Of a stretch of DNA of 64,000 nucleotides, positions 38,501 through 48,380 are shown one piece after another. The stretch is taken from the IMG/VR virus record IMGVR_UViG_3300029913_000001; one strand, written 5' to 3'. The position numbers and the translations under genes are program-made. The notes beneath the pieces were generated by a model. The model was not told the origin of the DNA. It saw nothing but the letters and a program-made list of their open reading frames with translations, and ran no database searches. This DNA is from a virus. Its lineage: Duplodnaviria; Caudoviricetes. The number at the start of each line of letters is the position of its first letter. The stretch's first letter is position 1.

Positions 38501-40567
38501 ATCATTATCAAATGGTTCCGCGTCAAAGGAAGACACATCAAACCCAATGCCAGAAGAAATAAAATCATAAAGATTTGGTAAAAATTGAATAGAGCCATTG
38601 TGAATTAAAATAGGTTCTAGTTCAAGTATATTTGAATCTAAAGAATTTGCGGTTGCTAGATATATGCTACTATTACCGTTTTCCCCATTAATTTGAACAA
38701 CGTCATTAAGTTTATAGGTAATTTGAGGAAGATCACCGATTGAATTTAGGCTGTAAGTTGGCTGAGTCGAAATATAATCTGGGGAATACCAATCAATATA
38801 TTTCCAGTTCTTACTAAGATCATATAATTGCGTTTGTACGATTTGCCACTCACCATTTGATACGGCTACTATTGACCAATAATTATTAAGAGTAGAATCT
38901 TCGGTTAATAAAATTCGGTAATTTTCAGGAAAAAGAGTAATGTCTAGTTGATTAAGAATAGTTCTATTCGACAGTTGTTGAGAAAAACCCGAAATAGGTA
39001 ATGGATCGCTCGCGCTTAATGCAGATATAATTGCGCTAGATGTCACTGCTAAATTTGCTAATTGTGAATTAATAACAGAATAATAAATGTCTAGTGCTGT
39101 TACTCGATTAACAAAAATTGATTGAACCGGGTTTTCTAAGATTCCGGTTTGCTGACTACTAGGTAATGTAATGTCGGGTACTAGAAGGTCGAATGAGGTA
39201 ACTCCAGTTAAACTATCGATAAATTTTTGATAGATTGGAGTGTGATACCATGACTTTGTACCATCGTTACTAATTAACGCAAATTCATTGTGGGGTTGAT
39301 TATCGGCAGATTCTAGAACATAATCTATATGTAAAATAACGGTGTTTGCAGATATAAATTGGTTAATATTCCACACAGCGACGGCATTAGTATCGATAGC
39401 CGTTAACATAGGAATTCCAGAATTTGGAATATTTGCCAAGGCAGATATTAATTGATCAGTAGACATATCATGTCTTGTACCGGGCAGAGTTTTATCATAT
39501 ACCCAGAATCCATAGGGAGCATTAGATGCTGCGTCAAATGTATATGGACAATTGGGGTCGGTTATATATCCGTTTGCATCCGAACTTGAATATGCTGCGG
39601 GTGGAACAGCGCTAGATACCCACTCATATACTTCGATTTGGGAGTTTGGGAACCATTGATTCCAATCAGATGCCCGTTGTGAAATCGTGCCTAATTGTGC
39701 ATTTACTGTCTTAAGATTTTGTGTCTTGAACCAGGTTTTTCCTAGTTGAGCGTTTCCCCATTTTTCATTACCCGGGCTAGTAAAGGTGTTTTTAGATTCA
39801 ATTAATGTCCATAACTTACTGTTAAAAACGCTTCCACTTTTTCCAGCGTGCAGGGCTTGATAAAGTAATCCACCGTAAAGCACACGATCGCTAATGTTAT
39901 ACAATGCTCCAGGCATCCAATTTGGAATATTATAAATTGCTGGATCATTGTCACATATATAATCTAAATTTTCATCAAGTGTACCTGGTAATATGCCAGA
40001 TGATAGGTCGACTACTTCTAGATCAACTAATTTAATTTTGGTAACAGAGTCATAAATCCAAGCTCTGCTTATGCTAGCCGGGTCAATAGGCAGCTCTTGT
40101 GAAGTTTCGACAGTCCAACCATGCGATAAATTTGTATTATTAAAAATTTTTATTGTTTCTTCGGGATTTGCCGAATCGGTAATAAAAATGTTTTCGATAT
40201 TTCCAGCATATATTAGATTCGGCTGAACACTTTTTTCTAGAATAATATTGTTAACAGGGGTAAGCTGAATTATATCCTGTGTAGAATCTACCCAGGTTCT
40301 TTTCGTTGTTAATACCTGATAAATTGTAATATTTTGAGCGGATTCAGTTGTTAATTCTATAAACTTATTTTGTAACCCATCAAAGTATGTACCGTCCAAA
40401 AAAGAATCTTCGGGGTTTGGCACGGATTGATTGTTTATAGTTTTAACGGTGCCAATAAGATCGGGTCCTAACCATTTGGTGTTTTGTCCCACTTGCTGAA
40501 ATACAGAGTCCGACGGAACAATAGAATCAACCAATACGAATTTACTGAATACGCTTTGACTTATCAC
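35588..40567 (-). CDS. Giant baseplate-wedge-like structural protein, part 2 (YHYH-like and LamG-like domains)
   Basis: 1659 aa; PIIGYAWDGSPIYGPYG...GTLDENNGR...YPNGIYAYF and FTIEFF...GYLDELRWT. Confidence 0.65.
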   Translation of the reverse strand: MISQSVFSKFVLVDSIVPSDSVFQQVGQNTKWLGPDLIGTVKTINNQSVPNPEDSFLDGTYFDGLQNKFIELTTESAQNITIYQVLTTKRTWVDSTQDIIQLTPVNNIILEKSVQPNLIYAGNIENIFITDSANPEETIKIFNNTNLSHGWTVETSQELPIDPASISRAWIYDSVTKIKLVDLEVVDLSSGILPGTLDENLDYICDNDPAIYNIPNWMPGALYNISDRVLYGGLLYQALHAGKSGSVFNSKLWTLIESKNTFTSPGNEKWGNAQLGKTWFKTQNLKTVNAQLGTISQRASDWNQWFPNSQIEVYEWVSSAVPPAAYSSSDANGYITDPNCPYTFDAASNAPYGFWVYDKTLPGTRHDMSTDQLISALANIPNSGIPMLTAIDTNAVAVWNINQFISANTVILHIDYVLESADNQPHNEFALISNDGTKSWYHTPIYQKFIDSLTGVTSFDLLVPDITLPSSQQTGILENPVQSIFVNRVTALDIYYSVINSQLANLAVTSSAIISALSASDPLPISGFSQQLSNRTILNQLDITLFPENYRILLTEDSTLNNYWSIVAVSNGEWQIVQTQLYDLSKNWKYIDWYSPDYISTQPTYSLNSIGDLPQITYKLNDVVQINGENGNSSIYLATANSLDSNILELEPILIHNGSIQFLPNLYDFISSGIGFDVSSFDAEPFDNDPYLEIRMITSILNDMILVGNDDLTKAADRAFYAVIQYIMSENKNLDWLFKTSFVSVNYTNRSLNIQGNYEPDNQSTIENFIQETTPFHTRIRQFNDTYTSDDYANIGISDFDLPAQYDNNYANIVLEYTNNVRPNGLLQLSQFSNITGVFADATSFYVTSNGLPNYATNFPQVDDETAVEPQNWSFGFPQSIQTANTTFTTIINVNGPEALATNGIPFYSSNSGENETLYQLGNIANQQTLTINSVWEAIQDGLDPGAGYPNENGVFQYFSDPYLLYTKNSSSHSPIIGYAWDGSPIYGPYGFANANGTGGIIKNTSSYELSLIPRLDASGQPIVNGLQLAIYSAPSGKYIQDFNYVANLGTLDENNGRQCVTPEYPNGIYAYFITVDNNNVPTYPYVLGPNYNGIPFNTAYTYINGNNIPVYSNGNITIPFLPVIDTVNGFIRTPDGSVSSDPVTLQLPVYSAWNNNYINNSSLIRSIDTTLRFDRVSSSIEYLDANVSYPVSSVLYDTANSAFVEGAIFSVANVELVNSGQHYKVFDLLNLEGGTYSNSATILVTSIDSSHNNSISTFSLVPAEDEYYTSFPSNIANVLTTDITVNSIGYGATFSVNFQRNIANNNSIAESTAMNRITALYEPTNNMFANQARLLMNNVEYPGVFVNGGDMVQTYSIPTGSLYDIDDDSEFTSLNVAWHPNLITNTGLSMVNARFGNSSGYFGGASSQYITANQASPDINDLGNTSNIFTIEFFCNFSNINSNIMTLIDTRLNNSSNNGMVIYKNSANYICFGENTSNAFISSLLPVTINDWTYITVQGNGNNLYIYFNGMLNESVANIGLPIFSDSSLTIGAEISGANIFSGYLDELRWTTGITRYTPGTIIIPIPNQPFPRNLAGDPYFNLPYTPIIYGFESLNNEASPTITFEAVNSVTYINDLSWNQKQLELVNYGSNLKIDSSLLNTNIQPQNSLIMALTLNQ

Positions 40568-40646
40568 AGATTACTCCCTCTTCTTATTTATCCCCAATTA
40601 TTGAGCTTGAATTGCCATATCTCTAACGGACATGGCAGTTCACGAT

Positions 40647-43600
40647 TTAAATAATGCCTCTTAACGGTGCAGTCGTTGTCATCGGAGAGAAGTGATGAAT
40701 ACCAGGGGGGATAATTGGCGAAATATTCCCAAGGTCGCCGCCGGAGTTCTTAAGACTCCACAATGCTTGAAAAATTGATGTTGGCGGGCGATCTCGAAAA
40801 ATATTTCCGGTAATTGCAGGCGGAGTAAAAGTAATTTCGGTATTTGTCCAGGTATATGGAAAATTAGTTATACCGGTGGATTGTAATGTTTGATCTATAA
40901 ATAAAATCAAATTATTATTAGCTATAGATGCTGTAATCCCCGAATAATTAGATAAAGAATTAATATCATTAACCAAAGTTAATGCATCAGTTCCAGATCG
41001 AGTGATAACCCAATCATTTACATTAAATGACGGTGTATTCAATACTAAATCTGACAGAGGAATACTTTTTGTAGATGCTAGTTGAGTATCAAGTGAGTAC
41101 AAATAAATTGCTCCTGTATTATTGTTACTACCAGGGCTGCCTACTATTAACTGATTATTCTGTACGTCTAATGACATCCCAAAATAGTAATCTGTACCAT
41201 TTGGCGGCTGTATAAATTGTGAAAGTGCGAAGCAAAATCCTTCGATTTGAATGACACTCCCCGCTAATAAATTAGGAGAAAAACTAATATTAGTAGGATT
41301 ATCACTCGGATATGAGTATTTCGAAGGTGATAATAATTGTCCATTAACAGTTATTGAAGAAATAGATGAAAATGGATTTATTGTTGTTATGTTGGCCGTA
41401 GCTGCGGCTTTATAAGTTTTTTCAATAACTCTATTAAAAATTATAATTCCACCAAAATTACTATTAAATTGTGGTACGCCGACAGCTATTATTTCTCCTG
41501 CTGCGTCGCACGCCATCGATGTCCCAAACCCAGAATTTTGTCCCGTCGGATCAATTAAACTGCCTTGAAATTTATAATATTTGGTTAAGCCAGATACTGA
41601 AACAATATCCGAATCAGAAATTATTATATTTGGATTAATTATATTAATCACATTACCCGAAGATATACTATAATCAATTCCGGGTACTAGAATATTTGGA
41701 ATAGCATTAGGATAATTTAAAACAATTTTTATGCTATATTCATCTAGAATGCTGTTATTAACTGTAATTGAATTACTTGTCGTTGAAAGAACTGAATATG
41801 AAAGTAACGGAACCGTTTGCAGTGAATATACTGCTATACCGGCAAATCCCGCAGCGGTCATAGATTGAATTGAGACATATAACCAATTATTATCACTCAT
41901 TGCAAAATTATAACCAAAATTTGAATTATTTAAAGTTGGCATGGTAACACCATCGCCGCTTAAAATTTGAGTGACAATTGGTACATTTAAGTCGTTTAAT
42001 TGAGTAATATATACCTGTCCAATATTAGTAAGAATATTATTGTATCTTGTTGTTGCTGAGATTGCTCCTATTCCTTGATGGCATATAACTTTTCGGCCCA
42101 AATTAAAGGTTGTCGGATTTAACGGCTCAATTGCATATATTTTAGAATCTAACGCAGGTAGAGCAATATTATTTGAAGTAATTGTTTGTGATAACACTCG
42201 TATTTCTACTTCTCCAAAACCATCAGCCGATGATGGTTTTCCGGACCATATCATTTGTGAAGCAGAATCATAGAATAAAGAGGCAACTAAATCTTGATTA
42301 ATTACATCCTCATATGCTATTTCGGTGGCATATGGGGTAATTAGTGTATATGCTGCTTCACCAAAAGAATCGGTTGTAACATATATATGATCGTCAACCG
42401 CTGATATATTACTTTCGGCTATAGATTTTCCTCTTAGACTTCGGTTAGTCCATATTGACAATTCATCCCACGCCGGAACGTAACTAATATTTGAGATATT
42501 TGAATTTGCAAAATTACCTACAATCGTTAGATTTGCATAGCTATTTGCAGTAGGTGCAATATAGTAATCTAAAATTTTAAAAGTTCCTCTGATGGAAATA
42601 TTTGAATTAGTATCAGAATGATCAATAATAATAACATCATTTTTAACTACTCCGATATCCGTCGAAATTCCAAAACTAATAGAATTAGATGTTAGTTGGG
42701 TTATAGAGTTTATTTTTGTGTTTGCTCCGGTAAAAGTTATAACATCCCATTGATTTGGTCCATCGGCAAGTGTATTAGACTCGATCCAAAATGAACCCTG
42801 ATTTTCAGCGATTTTTAATATATTATCTTGTGAGGTGCTTTGCATCATTGTCGAAATATTTGCAAAGAATAATGATGCTTCATCTGATTCGATAAATTCT
42901 GGAATTTTTTGATAGGCCTGAGAAATAATATTTTCTGGTAATATTGGCCCGCCGTCAATGAATTTAGGATTGGTTAATTTAAGATTACCATAATTTTGAA
43001 TAAAATCATTCTGCCAGTTAGTAGATTTTTCATATAGATTAAATGGAGTAACTTGAATTGTTGAGGTATCGTTGATATCTGGAGTAGAGACAAACGATAT
43101 AACCAATGGATTTTGTGTATTGGTTGAGGGTGGAAGACTCACGTCACCATATCCGGTTCTAGCTGTGGCACCGTATTCACCGACTTTCATTGCGTATTCT
43201 TCATTTAATGAAACCTGGGTGTTAAACTTCGAGGTAGACCCGCGTCCGTAACTGTTCAGCGCATTTACCGTGCCTTTTTCTTTAATCCATCCTCGATAAA
43301 AATTTGTTTGCCCGGCTGGATCGATGCCCAATGAAGATAGCCAGTCTCGCTCGACGTACCCAATAGTGTTATTTCTTAGTGTCACTAAGTCTGTTAAATA
43401 TGGTCGATAATTAATATTGTATGCATTACTTAAATCAACAGCTTTAAGTGATAGGTTTGGTAGTAATTGATTTGTAAAAGTTGTAGAAATACGCTTAAAT
43501 TGACTATATTGGAAAGAAGCAGCTCCTATAATGTCAGAGTTCGCGATGTAATTAAAATTTTTCCATTTAACCACTGCACCCAATAGATAATCTTTATTTG

Positions 43601-46600
43601 GAATCCAGGAATCAACTTGATTTGTTGTTAAAATAAAGCCAGGAATATCTAGAGAGCCAGTCCAGTTGGCTGTTTTCTGCCCAGATATTAAGAGTCTATT
43701 TTGTCGCGATCCAGTGACGGGGTCGTAAATTATATCATTAAATTCTGAAACATTATTAATAACAAATCGGTGTTCATAGTTAACAATATTTGCAGCGATG
43801 CACGCAAATACGCTGCCGTCTTGATTTGTTATAGATACTGTATTCCCAGTTCTATATACATCGAAATATTTAGGATCAACAGAATTACCATTTACATCGA
43901 GAACTAGACTAGACAGTGGATCCGATAAATCATATAAAGTTCCGGACGTTGCTGTGTATTCAATTATTGCAGAACTAGGATTAAGAACTAATGATAGATC
44001 ATTGCTTCCCCAATTAACTAGACTCCATTTAACAAATTGCAGAGCCGCATTTGACCAGTCGATTTTATCTTGATCGATGTTTACATTAAATGAAATTCCA
44101 TTTGTTAATAAAAATTGACCATATCCTGCAAGAAAATTAATAACCGATTGCTGATCCGGCAATGTTGTATTATAAGGTATAATTGTTGTTTTACTACTGA
44201 AAATAGCAGGATATGTAAAGTTATTATTTCCAACTCCCAACGGAATCGACGCCGCGGTGGTGGCAGCGGCATAAATGGTAAAGTATGGATTATTACGATT
44301 GTATCCAGTTATTTTATACCCCGTATTATTGCCGGCAATTGAGATAATTACCCCACTATAATTGATTGTACCTACCGGGGTGCTAGTATTAAGGAACAAG
44401 GAGTAATCGGCATCCGGGATCATTTCCTCGGCCCCGACATCTGCTGGGTTGTTCGGCGAAGCAAATACCGATAAATTTTGAACATCGGTAAATCCTGCCA
44501 TACTGTAAGCTAATTCTACAAATGTAGAATTTAATGTTGTTCTTAATATAGAAGGATCCTGCCCATTGCGTCGAATATATTCTACTGAATAATTAACGAT
44601 GCTATTAACAGGGGTTGCATCGACGCTATTAATTATTATCTGATTATTTGAAGCGAAAAAATTATTTTGAAATTTAAATTGATATGCCCCGTTCGTTGGG
44701 GTATAATTATTCATATCCCACGTGGTACCTAGCATGAATAAAGGATTTTGAAGAATTAATGCGCGTAATCTTGAAAACGGATATATGCTACTTCGTTTCC
44801 AAGCAGTTTCTACTGGGCCGCAGTCTCCATAAATAAATCCATCGGGTGAGGAGCTATTATTAAATGTTCCTACTACTGCCTCATTAGGATTCAATAAAAT
44901 ACCATTTTCGTTCACGGGAATAACATCCAGCATTCCCACTCTGGTTCCATAACTACTAAGGGAAATGCCATTTGGATTACGAATAATACCATTTGCAATA
45001 TCATTCCACATTACATTATTTTCGCCGGTATATGGTGCTGGACCATATGTTGCATCCCACCATGACGGCTTAATCGACAGATTAAGCATTTCCCATGGAC
45101 GAGTATTTACATTCTCGGAATTATAGAACCAATCATAAATTCCCCTCCAGTATCCTAATAATGGTTGCCCAAATTTATCAAGACTTGAATTCCAGTTCCA
45201 GGTAAATAGATTATTCTCGTCGTAGAAATTATTATCTGAACTGATATTATATTGTGCCGTCCATTCATAAAACATTCTTTGCGAAATATTTAATTGTTCG
45301 GCTTCAGAATAAACGCCGGTTGCAAATTTACTTGTTTGATGAACCCGGGTTTCTATAATATCAACCCACTGTTGATTGTTAACCTTAAGATTATTATATA
45401 CACGTAATTCATAATCCAAAAGTAAATTATCACGATAATCATTGAAGCATTCTGTTATGCTTCCGTCATGACCTTGAATAACTTTTCTAGGAGTTTGATA
45501 TGTATAATCGATATACATTTGCGGAATGAATGCCGCAGCAAGACCTAACTTAGTTGGAGTTGCCGGTATGAAAGATCCACTAGTGTTGGAAATCTCATAT
45601 ATATTAATTAAATCTTTTAGGTTTAATGTTCGTAATATAGTTAGTATATTATCTGTAGTTTTATAATCAATTCCATACGTAAGTTGGGTTCCATTTATGT
45701 AAACCTGTAACGATTGATAATTTGAAGCATTCCAATTATAAACTTGTGTTAAATTAAATGTAACAGCTCTAACATTAGAAACTGTTATCGACGTTTGCTT
45801 CCCGCCCCAGTAACACATATCGCTTGAAGCCCAGGGTTGGCCAGATGTGTAAATCGAGGCAATAGTCTGTAATGCGGTATCAACCACCTGTTTCGATGAT
45901 AAATTTTGCGCATTTGAAATCTGGGAAAACGTATTAATTAATTTTTGTTTAAAGGAAATATAGTCTTCACCCGCTGATCTAATAGCCTGATCTATATCAA
46001 ACTGGGGGTTTGTTAATAATAGGGCTGGCAAAATTGGTAATGATTCTTGATATAGCATACTTCCAGCAACGCCCTGATAAGAATTAAGCTGTAAGTCTAT
46101 TATGCGGCTAGAATCATTTGCGTTAACCTGGCTTGTAGTAGCATGATCTCTAATATTACTCATTGTTAATACAGGCAAACTTTGGCCTAGAGGATTATTG
46201 CTAAATGCCGAAGGAACGTCGTACCAAGCATTTGTTATTGGTGTTGCACTTTGAATTTTAAGAAAAACAACACTATTTACAGAGATTAGATCAAATTTAA
46301 TGGTAACAACAATTTTTTCACCGAGTTGGACAACGGTAAATTGATCGGCTGATAGTTTGGTGCCATCTACAAAAATCTGTGGTGACAATCCATTTAATAA
46401 TGTTCCAACCATTCGAATAATATTCGATCCAAAAGCGACAGTATTTTGATATAATTGCCTATCACCGTTAACATATTGCCACGCATCATATATTGATTCA
46501 TCATGGGAAATCGAATCAATTTGGTGCGCTCTTCCTATAATAATGCTTTGCGGATTGGTTCCTGTAGTTAGATAGGAAAAAGTATCAGATACATAATTAT

Positions 46601-47969
46601 TTGTAAAAATAACATCGTTTAGATTGCCAATTGGACCATATGACAGCGGAAATCCCAATACAGAATCATTTAATCCTACTCCAATTTCATATGAAAAAAG
46701 ACTGCTGCCGGCAAAATCTGAATCTGGATAAAATGAAACATTAGCAAGACTATTACCATTCAGATCAAACACATCAAATAACGGCGCCTGATTAATACCG
46801 GTTTTATTCTGCGAGGATACAGCCCAATTTGATCCGTCAAATATTATTGTCTCATTGCTGCTTGTAACCAATGTACAATTATTCTCGACCGCGACTTGCG
46901 ATGGGGAAAGATGAATTACAAAGTTATTTGTATTATTTGGATCAATAAAATTAACGGTATAAAGTGTTGCTCGTACGTTGCTGTTTTTGTCGCCGGCAAA
47001 AATTACACTATCACCAGATTTTAGTGATGTACCATTATATGAAAAACTAGCTGCACCTTGTACAATTGAAAAAGCATTAGGTGTGTAAAAATCGACGTAT
47101 GTAACTGGTGATAGACCAATTCTTCCCTGATCAAATAAAACTAAAGGTATAAATTCAATTATTGGCCGATTTGCTGCTATGAAACTCTGGGGAGTATTTT
47201 CCAAGGACAGCGCTGATATTATAGCATTGACTGTATCTTTATGTACCCATAAGTTTGAGCGACTCCATAAATTAAGATCTGGAGCAGAACGGTTTATTGT
47301 CAAATAATCAGGAGGATTATTTTGATCGGCGGCAAACGAAGGAGTTAGAATGTTTGTTAACGGAATTAAAACAATTTCTTTTCCAACACCTTCAACAATA
47401 TAACTTACGTTAGCAATTGATACAATCATGCCGTCTAATAATGTTATATTATCTGATGTTATATAAGAAATATGGCCCTGCACATTATTAATAGAATCAT
47501 TAATTTCTATGCTATTATTCCAGTACCATGCATTAACGGATTGAATATTATCTACCGGTTGATACAGCCAATAATAATTTTGATAATTTATTAATTTGTC
47601 GATGTCGACAAATCCCTTCCAACTATACATTCCGGAAGTTAATATTCGAGCCCAGTCAGATACGATGCCATCTTTGTTTGAGGTAGCATTAAGTACATCA
47701 ATAAAATTAGAAATATTGGTTATGTTATTTTGGTCGTCTGTCGTAACAAACGCTGATTCTAATTGATAATTCTGCCTAGGCGCGGTTGACTCTAATAGGT
47801 AAGAGCCGTCTAGCAATGTGCCATTTTTCCATTGTCTTCCGATATAACCATTAAATCTAGATAGTTGTGGTGGGGAAGTTAGCACATCTAACGTGCTATC
47901 TAGAAATCTTTTATTCGGACGCGTTCGTAAATATGGCGGTAAAAAATCTATTGTTTTTGATATTGGCAT
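40647..47969 (-). CDS. Giant baseplate-wedge-like structural protein, part 1
   Basis: 2440-aa Asn/Ser/Thr-rich ORF with late-type ATAAATA 5 nt before the ATG, in the structural module. Confidence 0.7.
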   Translation of the reverse strand: MPISKTIDFLPPYLRTRPNKRFLDSTLDVLTSPPQLSRFNGYIGRQWKNGTLLDGSYLLESTAPRQNYQLESAFVTTDDQNNITNISNFIDVLNATSNKDGIVSDWARILTSGMYSWKGFVDIDKLINYQNYYWLYQPVDNIQSVNAWYWNNSIEINDSINNVQGHISYITSDNITLLDGMIVSIANVSYIVEGVGKEIVLIPLTNILTPSFAADQNNPPDYLTINRSAPDLNLWSRSNLWVHKDTVNAIISALSLENTPQSFIAANRPIIEFIPLVLFDQGRIGLSPVTYVDFYTPNAFSIVQGAASFSYNGTSLKSGDSVIFAGDKNSNVRATLYTVNFIDPNNTNNFVIHLSPSQVAVENNCTLVTSSNETIIFDGSNWAVSSQNKTGINQAPLFDVFDLNGNSLANVSFYPDSDFAGSSLFSYEIGVGLNDSVLGFPLSYGPIGNLNDVIFTNNYVSDTFSYLTTGTNPQSIIIGRAHQIDSISHDESIYDAWQYVNGDRQLYQNTVAFGSNIIRMVGTLLNGLSPQIFVDGTKLSADQFTVVQLGEKIVVTIKFDLISVNSVVFLKIQSATPITNAWYDVPSAFSNNPLGQSLPVLTMSNIRDHATTSQVNANDSSRIIDLQLNSYQGVAGSMLYQESLPILPALLLTNPQFDIDQAIRSAGEDYISFKQKLINTFSQISNAQNLSSKQVVDTALQTIASIYTSGQPWASSDMCYWGGKQTSITVSNVRAVTFNLTQVYNWNASNYQSLQVYINGTQLTYGIDYKTTDNILTILRTLNLKDLINIYEISNTSGSFIPATPTKLGLAAAFIPQMYIDYTYQTPRKVIQGHDGSITECFNDYRDNLLLDYELRVYNNLKVNNQQWVDIIETRVHQTSKFATGVYSEAEQLNISQRMFYEWTAQYNISSDNNFYDENNLFTWNWNSSLDKFGQPLLGYWRGIYDWFYNSENVNTRPWEMLNLSIKPSWWDATYGPAPYTGENNVMWNDIANGIIRNPNGISLSSYGTRVGMLDVIPVNENGILLNPNEAVVGTFNNSSSPDGFIYGDCGPVETAWKRSSIYPFSRLRALILQNPLFMLGTTWDMNNYTPTNGAYQFKFQNNFFASNNQIIINSVDATPVNSIVNYSVEYIRRNGQDPSILRTTLNSTFVELAYSMAGFTDVQNLSVFASPNNPADVGAEEMIPDADYSLFLNTSTPVGTINYSGVIISIAGNNTGYKITGYNRNNPYFTIYAAATTAASIPLGVGNNNFTYPAIFSSKTTIIPYNTTLPDQQSVINFLAGYGQFLLTNGISFNVNIDQDKIDWSNAALQFVKWSLVNWGSNDLSLVLNPSSAIIEYTATSGTLYDLSDPLSSLVLDVNGNSVDPKYFDVYRTGNTVSITNQDGSVFACIAANIVNYEHRFVINNVSEFNDIIYDPVTGSRQNRLLISGQKTANWTGSLDIPGFILTTNQVDSWIPNKDYLLGAVVKWKNFNYIANSDIIGAASFQYSQFKRISTTFTNQLLPNLSLKAVDLSNAYNINYRPYLTDLVTLRNNTIGYVERDWLSSLGIDPAGQTNFYRGWIKEKGTVNALNSYGRGSTSKFNTQVSLNEEYAMKVGEYGATARTGYGDVSLPPSTNTQNPLVISFVSTPDINDTSTIQVTPFNLYEKSTNWQNDFIQNYGNLKLTNPKFIDGGPILPENIISQAYQKIPEFIESDEASLFFANISTMMQSTSQDNILKIAENQGSFWIESNTLADGPNQWDVITFTGANTKINSITQLTSNSISFGISTDIGVVKNDVIIIDHSDTNSNISIRGTFKILDYYIAPTANSYANLTIVGNFANSNISNISYVPAWDELSIWTNRSLRGKSIAESNISAVDDHIYVTTDSFGEAAYTLITPYATEIAYEDVINQDLVASLFYDSASQMIWSGKPSSADGFGEVEIRVLSQTITSNNIALPALDSKIYAIEPLNPTTFNLGRKVICHQGIGAISATTRYNNILTNIGQVYITQLNDLNVPIVTQILSGDGVTMPTLNNSNFGYNFAMSDNNWLYVSIQSMTAAGFAGIAVYSLQTVPLLSYSVLSTTSNSITVNNSILDEYSIKIVLNYPNAIPNILVPGIDYSISSGNVINIINPNIIISDSDIVSVSGLTKYYKFQGSLIDPTGQNSGFGTSMACDAAGEIIAVGVPQFNSNFGGIIIFNRVIEKTYKAAATANITTINPFSSISSITVNGQLLSPSKYSYPSDNPTNISFSPNLLAGSVIQIEGFCFALSQFIQPPNGTDYYFGMSLDVQNNQLIVGSPGSNNNTGAIYLYSLDTQLASTKSIPLSDLVLNTPSFNVNDWVITRSGTDALTLVNDINSLSNYSGITASIANNNLILFIDQTLQSTGITNFPYTWTNTEITFTPPAITGNIFRDRPPTSIFQALWSLKNSGGDLGNISPIIPPGIHHFSPMTTTAPLRGII

Positions 47970-48000
47970 AAGTATATTTATGCTTTGAAAAATAGTAGAT

Positions 48001-48372
48001 TTAGAGCCTGTTAATGTAGTTACCTATTTGGTCTAAAAACAAGGATGGGGGAGGAAGTTTCATTATGGACCTACCTGTGCTCCAGATGTAGCTGATCTCC
48101 ACGTTCTTGATCCAGATATGATGACTGCTTGACTGGACCTCAGCCCCCGACACCATGCTTGCCCAGTAATTGGATGGGTGAGAACCGCTCTCCGCAGGGA
48201 CAGCCGCCGTCAGGATCGTAATTCCGTCGCTGGCGTAGACCGCTGGGGTGCCGATTGGAGCGAGAACATTAACATCCGTCTCCCCGGTGATTCCCGCGCC
48301 GTTATCAAACAGGAAGCCGAAGTCGTAGCTCCCATCCGAGTTGCTCTGCATAGTTGTGATTCTGTCTGCCAT
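48001..48372 (-). CDS. Small protein downstream of the tail spike (possible assembly chaperone)
   Basis: Start MADRIT at 48372 after AAGGAG; shares the high GC content of the spike gene. Confidence 0.5.
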   Translation of the reverse strand: MADRITTMQSNSDGSYDFGFLFDNGAGITGETDVNVLAPIGTPAVYASDGITILTAAVPAESGSHPSNYWASMVSGAEVQSSSHHIWIKNVEISYIWSTGRSIMKLPPPSLFLDQIGNYINRL

Positions 48373-48380
48373 GATGCTCC

